DNA of 64,000 nucleotides from Candidatus Latescibacterota bacterium (GTDB lineage: Bacteria > Latescibacterota > UBA2968 > GCA-2709665): the NCBI GenBank assembly GCA_965205485.1, contig OZ242180.1:2784001-2848000 (forward strand). Direction: 5' to 3'. A program made the translations under genes and the position numbers. Shown one piece after another: positions 9,347 to 19,333 of the stretch. Every line of letters begins with the position of its first letter. The first letter of the stretch is position 1. The notes below the pieces were generated by a model. That model saw only the letters and a list, made by a program, of their open reading frames with translations. It was not told the origin of the DNA and ran no database searches.

Positions 9347-11179
9347 ATGCGCCTTAAACAACGAACCATCGACGACCTCCGGGCCCGAATCGGCCGCAGA
9401 GATCTCATCAAGGCCAAACAATACGGTTTCAGCGACCGGCAGCTTGCCCATCTCTGGAACACCAGTGAATGGACCGTAAGGGCCCTCCGTAGAGAATTGA
9501 ACATCCACGCGGTCTATAAAACCATTGACACGTGCGCCGCCGAGTTCGAAGCGTATACGCCTTACCATTATTCGACTTACGAAGACGAAAACGAGGCCAT
9601 CCGCTCCGAACGTCCGAAAATCATGATCCTGGGCGGCGGCCCGAACCGCATCGGGCAGGGCATCGAATTCGACTACTGCTGCGTGCACGCGGCTTTTGCG
9701 CTGAAGGAAGACGGCTACGAGACAATAATGGTCAACTCGAACCCCGAAACCGTCAGCACGGATTACGACACTTCCGACAAACTCTATTTCGAACCGCTCA
9801 CGGCCGAAGACGTTCTGAACATCGCGCATCTGGAAGAACCTGACGGCGTCATCGTACAGCTCGGGGGCCAGACGCCGTTGAACCTCGCTCGCGACCTGGA
9901 GCGCGGCGGCGTCAATATTATCGGCACGTCTCCCGACAGCATCGATCTGGCCGAAGACCGCAAGCGATTCGGCGCGCTGATCCGGCAACTCGGCATTTCC
10001 CAGCCCGAAAACGGAACGGCCACCAGCGTGGACCAGGCCGTCGCCGTGGCCGACGCCATCGGCTATCCGGTGCTCGTCCGTCCCTCGTATGTCCTTGGCG
10101 GTCGGGCCATGGTAATCGTCTACGAACGCAATGCGCTGCTCAGCTATATGGAGAAGGCGATCCAGGCATCGCCCGAGCATCCCATCCTCATCGACCGATT
10201 TCTCGAAGATGCGCATGAGTTCGACGTGGACGCCGTGGCGGACGAAACATCGGTGGTGATCGGGGGCATCATGCAGCATATAGAAAGCGCCGGCGTGCAT
10301 TCGGGCGACAGCGCCTGCGTGCTGCCGCCGTACGACATTTCCGGGGAACACCTCGATGAACTCCGTACCCATACCCACGCGCTGGCCGGCGCATTGAACG
10401 TCGTGGGGTTGATGAACGTACAGTTCGCCCTGCAGGACAATAAGGTCTACATCATCGAGGTCAACCCGCGCGCCAGCCGGACGGTGCCCTTTGTTTCGAA
10501 GACGATCGGCGTTCCCCTGGCCAAAGTGGCGGCGCGCGCCATGGTGGGCCGGTCCCTTGCGGAACAGGGGCTGACCGGTGAAATCTCCTTCGATCACATC
10601 GCAGTCAAGGAGGCCGTATTGCCCTTCGCCAAGTTTCCGGGTGTGGATACCCTGCTGGGTCCCGAGATGAAGTCCACGGGCGAAGTGATGGGCATTGACA
10701 CCGACTTCGGTCTGAGCTTCCACAAGGCGCAGTTCGGCGCGGGCGTGCGGCTACCCACCTCCGGCGCCGTGTTCATCTCCGTCAACGACCGGGACAAGGA
10801 AGCCGTGATACCCGTCGCCCGCCGGCTGTCGGAGCTTGGTTTTCAGATTGTCGCGACCCGCGGCACCCACGCCAGGCTCAAAGCGCACGATATTCTCGCC
10901 GAGTCCATTCTCAAGATCCAACAGGGACGTCCCAATATTCTGGACGCCATAAAGAACAGGTCGATCGTCCTGATGGTGAATACGCCTGCGGGTGAGGCCG
11001 CGCAAGCCGACGATCACAGGATTCGCCAGGCCACGCTTCAATACGGTATCCCGTACACGACCACGCTGGCAGGGGCGTCGGCCGCGGTGGCCGGTATCGA
11101 ATCCCTTAAGAAAAACGGCGCGGTCAGAATTCGTTCACTCCAGGAATTCCACGGGAAGGAGGGGCGAGAAAACGCATGA
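9347..11179 (+). CDS. carB: Carbamoyl-phosphate synthase large chain, C-terminal part (carbamate phosphorylation domain + MGS domain)
   Basis: GFSDRQLA, DTCAAEFEA, GPNRIGQGIEFDYCC, GVHSGDS and EVNPRASRT; has its own AGGAG upstream and a different frame from part 1. Confidence 0.93.
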   Translation: MRLKQRTIDDLRARIGRRDLIKAKQYGFSDRQLAHLWNTSEWTVRALRRELNIHAVYKTIDTCAAEFEAYTPYHYSTYEDENEAIRSERPKIMILGGGPNRIGQGIEFDYCCVHAAFALKEDGYETIMVNSNPETVSTDYDTSDKLYFEPLTAEDVLNIAHLEEPDGVIVQLGGQTPLNLARDLERGGVNIIGTSPDSIDLAEDRKRFGALIRQLGISQPENGTATSVDQAVAVADAIGYPVLVRPSYVLGGRAMVIVYERNALLSYMEKAIQASPEHPILIDRFLEDAHEFDVDAVADETSVVIGGIMQHIESAGVHSGDSACVLPPYDISGEHLDELRTHTHALAGALNVVGLMNVQFALQDNKVYIIEVNPRASRTVPFVSKTIGVPLAKVAARAMVGRSLAEQGLTGEISFDHIAVKEAVLPFAKFPGVDTLLGPEMKSTGEVMGIDTDFGLSFHKAQFGAGVRLPTSGAVFISVNDRDKEAVIPVARRLSELGFQIVATRGTHARLKAHDILAESILKIQQGRPNILDAIKNRSIVLMVNTPAGEAAQADDHRIRQATLQYGIPYTTTLAGASAAVAGIESLKKNGAVRIRSLQEFHGKEGRENA

Positions 11180-12966
11180 AATCAGACCGGAAGATTCCGC
11201 TGTCCTGCATCGTCCTGCTTGCGGGTGCCCTGGTTTCCGGGTGCGTCTATTACAACACGTTCTACAACGCCCGAAAACAGTACCAGGAGGCCGAACGCAA
11301 GAGAGAGGAAGCCGAGAACGTGTCTGCCACCGGCCAGAAGAGCCGGCAAATGGTGTTCCGGTACCGCGATTTTTATATGCGCGCCATACGCAAGGCTTCC
11401 ATCGTCCTCGACCGGCATCCCGACAGCAAGTGGGTGGACGACAGCCTGCTGCTGATCGGTAAGGCGTTCTACTGGCGCGGAAGCTACCGTGACGCCCTGC
11501 TGAAGTTCCAGGAACTGCAGGACAATTTCCCGGAAAGCCTGCTGCTCACCGAAGCCCTCTACTGGAATGGAATGTCGCTCTGGGCGGCGGGAAGGGCCGA
11601 AGAAGCGCGCCCGGTACTGGCCGACGTCGGCGAGAGCGCCGATCCGGTGTTTTCCGGGAAAGCCCGGCTCGCGCTGGCCGAACTGGAAGCCGAAGCCGGC
11701 GAGTACGCCGCCGCCATCGATGCGTACCAGAAACTGCTTGAGTCCAAACCCAGGGGTCTTGCCACGAAAATCTGGGTTGGTATCGGCAACGCCAGGTTTC
11801 AACTGGAACAGTATGAAGACGCGCTGCTGGCCTATCGCCGCGTCTTGAAGTCGAAACCGAAGAACAAGATCAATTTCGAAACCCGCCTCCAGATCGGCAG
11901 CATTCTCGAACGTCAGGGAAAACTGGACGAAGTCCTGGCAACGTACAACCGCATACTGAAGATAAAGAGCCTGAGATCATATGAGCCCGAAGTCCATCTC
12001 AAACGGGCGAATGTGTACCAGCTCATGGGTAATCAGGAAATCGCCGATGAGATCTACCTAGAAGTTATCGAACACAACCCGAAGACCGAATTCAGCGCCG
12101 AAGCCTACTACCGGTTGGCGATGTTTGCCCAGACGACCCAACGAGATATGGAGAAGGCGAAAGAGCTTTTCGCCAGCGCCCGAAAGGAAAATCCAGGTTC
12201 CGACGCCGGAAGGGCGGCCAGAGACCGGGAAAAGGACCTGGGCAAGCTGGAGCGCTTTCAAAAGGCGGCGGCCAAGGGCAAGAAAAAGGGCCTCAAGGCG
12301 CTGTTCAACGTGGCGGAGATGTATCTGTTCAACTTCTCGGAACCGGATTCCGCACTCGCCACCTATCGAAGGGCATATTTTATCGCCGACAGTCTCGATG
12401 CCGAACTGGCGCCAAAAGCCCTGTATGCCATCGGCCTGATCTATGCGGACAGTCTGAAGAACCAGGAAGCGGCCGAGAAGACGTTCCGGAAACTGATCGA
12501 CAGGTACCCCGTCAACCCGTACGCCGTGGGCGCCCGTCAGCGGCTGGCGCAGGCCCTCGAAGACGACGCGAGGGCGGAAGCGCGGTTTCGCGAGGCCGAA
12601 ACGCTGATGGCAGGTGGCGTCAACCCGTCCGGCTACCTGGACATCCTCAGACAGTTGCCCTCGGATCATCCCAACAGCCCCTTTGCGGCCAGGGCCCTGT
12701 ATACAGTCGCGTGGACTCACGCAAACCGCCTGGACAACCCCGATTCCGCGAGGGTCTATTACCAGAAACTCGTGGACGGCTATCCTCTCACGGAATTCGC
12801 GGAACTCGCGTCGAAGAGCCTCAAAGGCGATTTCCTGACAGTCATCGCGCAGTCCGACCCTGACGCGGAACCGGCCGGTCGTAAAAACAGTTCGAAGCCT
12901 GCAGACCGGAGAAATGACAAACGCCGGCGGGATTCCGAAAGCCCGGGTAAGAATCAATCCCCGTAA
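11176..12966 (+). CDS. TPR-repeat lipoprotein (BamD/PorW-SprE-like)
   Basis: Lipobox LVSGC, YYNTFYNA, P-x-S-x-W-V-D-D motif and many TPR-like helices; ATGA overlap with carB part 2. Confidence 0.8.
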   Translation: MKSDRKIPLSCIVLLAGALVSGCVYYNTFYNARKQYQEAERKREEAENVSATGQKSRQMVFRYRDFYMRAIRKASIVLDRHPDSKWVDDSLLLIGKAFYWRGSYRDALLKFQELQDNFPESLLLTEALYWNGMSLWAAGRAEEARPVLADVGESADPVFSGKARLALAELEAEAGEYAAAIDAYQKLLESKPRGLATKIWVGIGNARFQLEQYEDALLAYRRVLKSKPKNKINFETRLQIGSILERQGKLDEVLATYNRILKIKSLRSYEPEVHLKRANVYQLMGNQEIADEIYLEVIEHNPKTEFSAEAYYRLAMFAQTTQRDMEKAKELFASARKENPGSDAGRAARDREKDLGKLERFQKAAAKGKKKGLKALFNVAEMYLFNFSEPDSALATYRRAYFIADSLDAELAPKALYAIGLIYADSLKNQEAAEKTFRKLIDRYPVNPYAVGARQRLAQALEDDARAEARFREAETLMAGGVNPSGYLDILRQLPSDHPNSPFAARALYTVAWTHANRLDNPDSARVYYQKLVDGYPLTEFAELASKSLKGDFLTVIAQSDPDAEPAGRKNSSKPADRRNDKRRRDSESPGKNQSP

Positions 12967-13005
12967 CAACCCCTGCAGTCATTCAAGACATCCCGGTCTG
13001 CCCGG

Positions 13006-13815
13006 ATGACGCTTCGTCCAATGATGAGTCAATTCCTTCAGGAAAACGCCGAAGTCCTCGAAAACGAGCCAATTGCTCGAAACGTCTACCTGATGCGCCT
13101 GCAAGCGCCGAGAATCGCACGGGCATGCCGCCCCGCCCAATTCGTACAGATCCGCACCGACGCGGGTCAGTCGCCCTATCTTCGACGTCCATTCAGCGCA
13201 CTTCGCACGCACCCTGAAGCGGGATCGATTGAGGTGGTCTACGACGCCATCGGTGAAGGCACTCGCCGGATGGCTGCCGCCTCGGCCGGGCATCGCCTGG
13301 ACCTGCTAGGCCCGCTCGGAAAACCCTTCGTCCCGTCGACGACCGGCCGCGTACTGCTGGTCGCCGGAGGGGTCGGTCTGGTACCGCTCGCCTTCCTGGC
13401 CTGGTTCCACAGCGAGCGCCGGGATGACATGGTATTCCTGATGGGGGCAGCGAACCAAGGACGGATGCCCGATATGGATCGTGTGATTCCCTCCGATCTG
13501 CGTCGGTGGCTGGCCACGGACGACGGCAGCCTGGGTCACGAAGGCCCTGTGACGGATTTGATTCCGGAACACGTCGTGCCGGGCGGTACCCAGGTGCTTA
13601 CGTGCGGACCGCACGCCATGATGGCGCGGGTCGCCGAGATCGCGGCAGAGCGCCGCCTGCCATGCATGGCATCCATGGAGAATCACATGGCCTGTGGATT
13701 CGGCGCGTGTGTCGGCTGTGTGGTGGAATACCGGGAAGCGGAAAGGGAAGACCATCGATACCGGAGAGTCTGCATTGAAGGCCCGGTGGTGGACGCTCAT
13801 GCGATCGTCTGGTAG
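13006..13815 (+). CDS. pyrK: Dihydroorotate dehydrogenase electron transfer subunit
   Basis: LRRPFS, GPLG, AGGVG, TDDGS, CGP and MACGFGACVGC...C [2Fe-2S] motif. Confidence 0.93.
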   Translation: MTLRPMMSQFLQENAEVLENEPIARNVYLMRLQAPRIARACRPAQFVQIRTDAGQSPYLRRPFSALRTHPEAGSIEVVYDAIGEGTRRMAAASAGHRLDLLGPLGKPFVPSTTGRVLLVAGGVGLVPLAFLAWFHSERRDDMVFLMGAANQGRMPDMDRVIPSDLRRWLATDDGSLGHEGPVTDLIPEHVVPGGTQVLTCGPHAMMARVAEIAAERRLPCMASMENHMACGFGACVGCVVEYREAEREDHRYRRVCIEGPVVDAHAIVW

Positions 13816-13863
13816 ACGGCGCCTCGCCTTCAGAGCGGCTTTATCAACGGACTGTCAACGACC

Positions 13864-14787
13864 ATGGACCTTTCCACGCACATCGGCGGCGGCCTGACCA
13901 TCAGAAATCCTGTAATGATGGCCTCGGGAACCATCGGACACGGCGCCGAATACGAGGGCATGTTCGACTTCGCGAGGGTCGGCGGCGTGGTAACGAAAAC
14001 CATAACCTGCCATCCCCGCGCCGGCAACAGCGCCCCCCGCACCGCGGAAACCCCTTCCGGAATGCTCAATTCCATCGGCCTCACGAATCCCGGCCTCGAC
14101 GCCTTTATTGCCGAAAAGGTCCCGCCCTTGCAATCGCTTCCAACAGCGCGAATTGTCAGCATCGCCGGTACTTCGATAGGCGAATTCGCCGAAATGGCGC
14201 GGCGGTTCAACGACGTTCCGGGCGTAGACGCCCTGGAACTGAACATCTCGTCGCCCAATATGAAAGACGGCGGACAGCTCTTCGGGTGCCGCGAGGAGGC
14301 CGCGCACGATGTCACGGCGGCAGTGAAGGCGGTCGCAAGACTTCCGGTCATCGTCAAACTCACGCCCAACGTAACCGACATCGCCACGGTGGCCGCGGCA
14401 GTGGAAGAAGGCGGCGCCGACAGTATCGCTCTGATAAACACCTTGCTTGGCCTGGCCGTGGACGCCGGCACCCGGCGCCCCGTTCTGGGGAACGTCACGG
14501 GCGGCCTTTCCGGACCTGCCATCAAGCCGGTAGCGCTGGCGATGGTGTGGCGGGTCGCCAATACGGTTTCAGTTCCCATTGTGGGCATGGGCGGAATTGC
14601 GACGGCCCAGGACGCAATCGAGTTTCTCATTGTCGGCGCATCGGCCGTGCAGATTGGAACCACCACCTTCATCAACCCCTGGGCTGCCCTGGAGATTGTC
14701 GATGGCATCGCTGAATACTGCCGGAGCCACCGGATCGGGCGCATATCAGACCTCGTGGGTTCGTTTGAAACCGGGCCGCGGAACTGA
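13864..14787 (+). CDS. pyrD: Dihydroorotate dehydrogenase B catalytic subunit
   Basis: ASGT, NSIGL, ELNISSPN, KLTPNVTDI and GGLSGPAIKP. Confidence 0.95.
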   Translation: MDLSTHIGGGLTIRNPVMMASGTIGHGAEYEGMFDFARVGGVVTKTITCHPRAGNSAPRTAETPSGMLNSIGLTNPGLDAFIAEKVPPLQSLPTARIVSIAGTSIGEFAEMARRFNDVPGVDALELNISSPNMKDGGQLFGCREEAAHDVTAAVKAVARLPVIVKLTPNVTDIATVAAAVEEGGADSIALINTLLGLAVDAGTRRPVLGNVTGGLSGPAIKPVALAMVWRVANTVSVPIVGMGGIATAQDAIEFLIVGASAVQIGTTTFINPWAALEIVDGIAEYCRSHRIGRISDLVGSFETGPRN

Positions 14788-15229
14788 CCGAGTTGCAATT
14801 CACATTCTCCTGATCTTTGCAATCGGCCTGACTTCAGGCTGTTTCTCCCGGCCGAGGTATCGTACCTCGCCCCCCGGGAGCGACTCCGAAACGACGATCG
14901 TCGATTCTCCCGTTATCTCCACGAAAGACGCTTTTCAGGTTGGCCTTGCGTCGTACTATGCGCACAAGTTTCACGGCCGCCCCACCGCCAGCGGTGAGAT
15001 ATTCGATATGTACGGTCTTACCGCGGCGCACAGAGAGCTTCCGCTCGGTACCGTCATCCACGTAACCCATCTCGGAAACGGACGGAGCGTCAAAGTAAAG
15101 GTCAACGACCGGGGACCCTTCATCGAAGGACGGATACTGGACCTTTCCCTGGGAGCGGCGCGTCGTCTGGATATGGTGGAGGAGGGGGTCGCGCGGGTCA
15201 AGATCCGAATCATCAAGCGCATCGACTGA
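14765..15229 (+). CDS. rlpA: Septal ring lytic transglycosylase RlpA-family lipoprotein
   Basis: Lipobox LTSGC; GLASYY, TASGE, TAAHRELP and VNDRGPF...RILDLS. Start codon (TTG at 14765) uncertain. Confidence 0.88.
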   Translation: MKPGRGTDRVAIHILLIFAIGLTSGCFSRPRYRTSPPGSDSETTIVDSPVISTKDAFQVGLASYYAHKFHGRPTASGEIFDMYGLTAAHRELPLGTVIHVTHLGNGRSVKVKVNDRGPFIEGRILDLSLGAARRLDMVEEGVARVKIRIIKRID

Positions 15230-15276
15230 GGATTCGGCGACGCCGCGATCGTTTTGCGGTAGGGGTCTGCGGAGGG

Positions 15277-16527
15277 TTAGTTTTCGCGGCCGGATTGACT
15301 TTGCGAAAGCGTACGGAAGGCAAACTGCGCGATGAAATCGATGCCCAGCATCCTACCCATGACGCGCCCTTCCTTCAGGTCGATGGCGCTCAACCCCGGT
15401 CCGCCGCCGTCCAGCACCAGCGTGCCGATGTAGATACGTGCACCATCCGGAGCAACGCCGATCGTGGACGCGGCATCCCCGACCCGGAGACGCCCGGATA
15501 TCAGATTGCGTTGTACGTCAATGGTCACCAGGAATCCGCCGGAGCGTGACCCGGTCGAAGCCACGTAGAGCGTCTGACCGTCCGGCGAAAACGCCAGCCC
15601 ACGCGCGGAATCTCCACTCAATTGGATACCCGCCGCAACCTGATCCGAATCCAGATCCAGCACCGAAACGACACCGCGGTCGACGTTGGTCACGTACGCC
15701 CGTCGGCCGTCATTCGTAATGCCGATCTCCCCGGGGACGCCCCCGACAATGATGGAACTCGCGACTGCTCCCTGTTCCACGTCGATCACCGAGATGTCGC
15801 GGCTGTCGGCGTTCGCCACGTACAGCTTCCCGCCATCCGGAGTCATCGCCACGTCGATGGGTCTCTCGCCCACCGAGATCGTATCCACGGGAACCCGCGC
15901 GACCAGGTCCAGCACCACAAGCCGGTCGTGCCGTTCTTCGGTCACGTATGCAAAGCGCTCGTGGGGGCCAAGTACGACGCGACCCTGCGATTCCGTTGGG
16001 ATTGAGAAAAGCGCTTCGTGGTTTTCATCGATGGCGAAGAGCCCGAATCCTTCCGAGACGTAAATTGCCCGTTCGCCCGCCGAGACCGCCATACCGGTCG
16101 GTCCCCGAAACCTGAGATAGTCCGAGAGCAGATGCGACTCGGAATCGATCACCGCCATCCCGCCCAGTAGCGGGTCGAGCGCGTAGACGGCGTATCGCGA
16201 CGACGTCGCGACGCCGGAACGGGCGCCGAATGCCGAGCTGAAGGAGACGAAGTCGGGAAAGTTAACGGTGCCGTCGCCGTTCAGATCCATCCTTGCGTCG
16301 TACCCCGCGTCGCCTTCCGCGGTGTTGAAGCTGCGGGCGAACAGCAGAAAATCCGAAAAACCCACAACGCCGTCACCGTCAAAATCCGCGGTAAGCGGAC
16401 CTGTAGAGCCCTGCGTAACAGGACCCTCGGGTTGCCAGACCAGGACTGGACTCTGCCCATACGCCGAACTTCCGGAAGCGCAGGTGAAAAGCACGCAAAA
16501 CAGCATCCGATGGAGATTTTCGGTCAT
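15277..16527 (-). CDS. Secreted YVTN/YncE-type beta-propeller protein with an N-terminal dockerin-like EF-hand pair
   Basis: Signal-like N-terminus; DFDGDGVVGFSDF and DLNGDGTVNFPDF; repeated PDG..LYV(A/T)N blades. Confidence 0.82.
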   Translation of the reverse strand: MTENLHRMLFCVLFTCASGSSAYGQSPVLVWQPEGPVTQGSTGPLTADFDGDGVVGFSDFLLFARSFNTAEGDAGYDARMDLNGDGTVNFPDFVSFSSAFGARSGVATSSRYAVYALDPLLGGMAVIDSESHLLSDYLRFRGPTGMAVSAGERAIYVSEGFGLFAIDENHEALFSIPTESQGRVVLGPHERFAYVTEERHDRLVVLDLVARVPVDTISVGERPIDVAMTPDGGKLYVANADSRDISVIDVEQGAVASSIIVGGVPGEIGITNDGRRAYVTNVDRGVVSVLDLDSDQVAAGIQLSGDSARGLAFSPDGQTLYVASTGSRSGGFLVTIDVQRNLISGRLRVGDAASTIGVAPDGARIYIGTLVLDGGGPGLSAIDLKEGRVMGRMLGIDFIAQFAFRTLSQSQSGREN

Positions 16528-16588
16528 TAGACATCCTTTTCTGATGGCACTCGCGCCTTCAGGTATATAGCCGCAGTCCTTGCGGCCG

Positions 16589-17800
16589 TCAGCCGGCCAG
16601 TGCGGCACGCGCCACGCGGAGCATGTTGCCGCCCAGGATCTTGCGGATATCCCCATCCGGATATCCGCGCTGTACCATACCCACCGTAAAGAGCGGCCAG
16701 TTGGTCCACGCCAGACTCTTCACCATGTGTTCCTGACGCCAGTGCGCGTCGAATGCATCCGGCGGCCAGAAATACGCCCACCGTGGACGCCCCCGTTTAC
16801 GCGGGGCCTTTCTCCTTTCCGTTGCGGAAGCACGCGATGCGTACGCCGTATCCGTACCGATCGTAACATGATCGGCCCCAAACGTTCTGACCATATAATC
16901 GACATGGTCCAGCAGGGCCTGTATGTCGCCGCTTCGACCCAGGAATGCGGGTATGCAGCAGATGCCCACGTAACCGCCCGTATCCGCAATCGCCCGGATC
17001 ACGTTGTCCGGTTTGCACCGCACGTGTTCGTTTACCGCGCAGCAGCCCGAGTGACTTGCCACCATTGGGACCGCGGACGCCCTGGCCGCCTCCAGGCTGG
17101 TCTGCCAGCCCGCGTGCGCTACGTCCAGGATCACCCCGACACGGTTCATTTCGGCGACCACGGACCGGCCGAATTCGCTCAGCCCCGCGTTGGCCGGTTC
17201 GGCGCATCCGTCTCCCAGCATGTTGCGCCGGTTGTACGTCAGATGCATCATCCGAATCCCCAGTTGAAAGAAGATTCGGATGTACCTGAGTTCCTCTTCC
17301 ACGGACACCCAGTCCTGCGAAAGGGGGACACCGTTGCCGCTCATGTAAAAACACTGCTTGCCCTGCTTCTTGGCGGCCTCGATATCCGCGGGCGTGGTAG
17401 CGCGCAGCATGAAATCGCGCATGACGTCCGCCACATAGGTAAAACGTGCGAGACGCTTGATCAGCCGCAGAGGCGCCTGTCCCTCTTCTCCGGCATTCTG
17501 AGCGATGCATGTCACCCCGCTCGACCCCCAGGCTTCCTGGAACTCCGCACGCTCGACCGGATCGGTCGCGCACCGGGTCATCGACATCTCCTCATTCATG
17601 TCGTTCAGCTCCGCCTCCGACGCACCGGCTTCGATGGCGGCCGTCATCTCGTCTCCATCGATTGCGGCCCGGGGCGCGAATCCGTAGGTGTCGCACACGA
17701 TCGACTCCGCGTGCAAGGCCAACCCGTGTTCCAGTTCCTTCTTTCCGGGCTTCAATACCTGTAGCGCAACCTGCCGCGCTTCTTCGATCTTTTCATTCAT
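16589..17800 (-). CDS. Membrane/renal dipeptidase family (peptidase M19) amidohydrolase
   Basis: LTYNRRN, GLSEFGR, ILDVAH, ASHS and IGTD; start at MNEKIEE. Confidence 0.85.
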   Translation of the reverse strand: MNEKIEEARQVALQVLKPGKKELEHGLALHAESIVCDTYGFAPRAAIDGDEMTAAIEAGASEAELNDMNEEMSMTRCATDPVERAEFQEAWGSSGVTCIAQNAGEEGQAPLRLIKRLARFTYVADVMRDFMLRATTPADIEAAKKQGKQCFYMSGNGVPLSQDWVSVEEELRYIRIFFQLGIRMMHLTYNRRNMLGDGCAEPANAGLSEFGRSVVAEMNRVGVILDVAHAGWQTSLEAARASAVPMVASHSGCCAVNEHVRCKPDNVIRAIADTGGYVGICCIPAFLGRSGDIQALLDHVDYMVRTFGADHVTIGTDTAYASRASATERRKAPRKRGRPRWAYFWPPDAFDAHWRQEHMVKSLAWTNWPLFTVGMVQRGYPDGDIRKILGGNMLRVARAALAG

Positions 17801-18106
17801 CTTTCGTCCCTTGACCGTAAAGGTACTCGAAATTAAGGATCTCCATGAAATATACCACATCGTCCGCACGCGATCAACGACGAGATTTCGAGGAATGTCC
17901 GGTCCGGATCAGGTGCTTGCCGTGATGATGTGGTTGCGCAGCCATTGCCGCCGCCGTGAAATTCCCAAAAAAACCTTGCGTATTTCGATTTTTCTCATAC
18001 CTTTATGTGTCTTGATCCGAGGGTTTCCTGCCCGGGATCCCCGCGCCGGGCGAGCGCGCGGGGGTATGACCGAATATCGCCGGAAAAGGAGCATGAGAGA
18101 AGCCGC

Positions 18107-19333
18107 ATGAACGAACCGCAAGATGTGCATGAAATGGACGAGAAATACGTCGCAGACCGTGCCAGCGACGAATTCGCAGCCCTGTTGAAAGATGAACCGG
18201 ACCAGACGCCCGCACCGGTGCTTTCGGTGGGCCAGCGGCTCTCGGGTCGCATTCAATCGATCGATGAATCCTCGGTGTTTGTGGAATATGGAGGCCGGAG
18301 CGAAGCCGTTGTCGACATACAGGAACTTAAGGACGAGCAGGGTGTGGTTTCCTGCCGGGTCGGCGACAACATCGAAGCCTTCGTCGCCTCCGTCGAGAAT
18401 GAGGTTCGATTGACCATCTCCCGGCGGACCGGCAATGTCCAGATACTGCGCCAGGCATACGAAAACAGCATACCGGTCGACGGGCGTGTCACCGGATTCA
18501 ACTCCGGCGGTCTGGTCGTCAATCTCGGTGGCCGCCGGGCATTCTGTCCGGTTTCCCAGATCGATACGGGTTACAGCAAAGACCTGGCCTCCTATGCGGG
18601 GCAGACGCTTACGTTCAAAATTGTCGAATTCCGGGGCCGGGGCCGCAATATCGTACTTTCACGCCGCGCCCATCTCGAGGCCGAGGCTGCCCGCCGTGCG
18701 GATGAGCTGCGCGAGAAACTCAACGAGGGCGCTGAAGTCACGGGCAAGATTACCAGGCTTGAACGGTTCGGCGCTTTTGTCGACCTCGGCGGCGTGGAGG
18801 GTCTGGTGCACATATCGGAGATTGCGCACAATCGCGTCGGGCACCCGAAGGACGTGCTCCGGTCCGGAGACGAAGTCAACGTGAAGATCCTGGAACTCAA
18901 GGGTCTGGGCGGAGACAAAGAGCGGATCTCGCTTTCCATAAAGGCCCTCCTGCCCGACCCCTGGGACGGCGCGCTGGAGAGATACCGGGAGGGAGAGGAC
19001 ATCACCGGCAAGGTCGTTTCGATCCAGCAGTTCGGCGCCTTTGTCGAAGTCTCACCGGGTGTGGAAGGCCTGGTTCACGTGTCCCAACTCGCCCGCAGCC
19101 GTGTAGCGCGGCCAGCCGACGTGGTTTCCGTCGGGCAGGAAGTTCGCGCCCGGATCCGGAAGATCGACCGGGACAAGAAACGCATCTCCCTTTCCATGCG
19201 CGACCTTCAGGAAGAAGAAAAGAAGGCGGTTGAAGTAAAGGAAATCGAAGCGTTCAAGATCAAGGAAGACTCGTCAGACAACAAATCTGAAAGCGTCATG
19301 GCCGACGCCCTCCGCCGGGCCGGATTGCTATAG
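18107..19333 (+). CDS. rpsA: Ribosomal protein S1-like protein with about four S1 domains
   Basis: AFCPVSQI, FGAFVDLGGVEGLVHISE and FGAFVEV..GVEGLVHVSQL; shorter than six-domain S1. Confidence 0.8.
   Translation: MNEPQDVHEMDEKYVADRASDEFAALLKDEPDQTPAPVLSVGQRLSGRIQSIDESSVFVEYGGRSEAVVDIQELKDEQGVVSCRVGDNIEAFVASVENEVRLTISRRTGNVQILRQAYENSIPVDGRVTGFNSGGLVVNLGGRRAFCPVSQIDTGYSKDLASYAGQTLTFKIVEFRGRGRNIVLSRRAHLEAEAARRADELREKLNEGAEVTGKITRLERFGAFVDLGGVEGLVHISEIAHNRVGHPKDVLRSGDEVNVKILELKGLGGDKERISLSIKALLPDPWDGALERYREGEDITGKVVSIQQFGAFVEVSPGVEGLVHVSQLARSRVARPADVVSVGQEVRARIRKIDRDKKRISLSMRDLQEEEKKAVEVKEIEAFKIKEDSSDNKSESVMADALRRAGLL

Noticed and set aside
9176..10723. Long antisense ORFs (this one, also 23738-25021, 39846-41402, 54018-55244, 60671-62038)
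   Set aside because: They lie opposite well-supported genes, have no motifs, and are expected in high-GC DNA.
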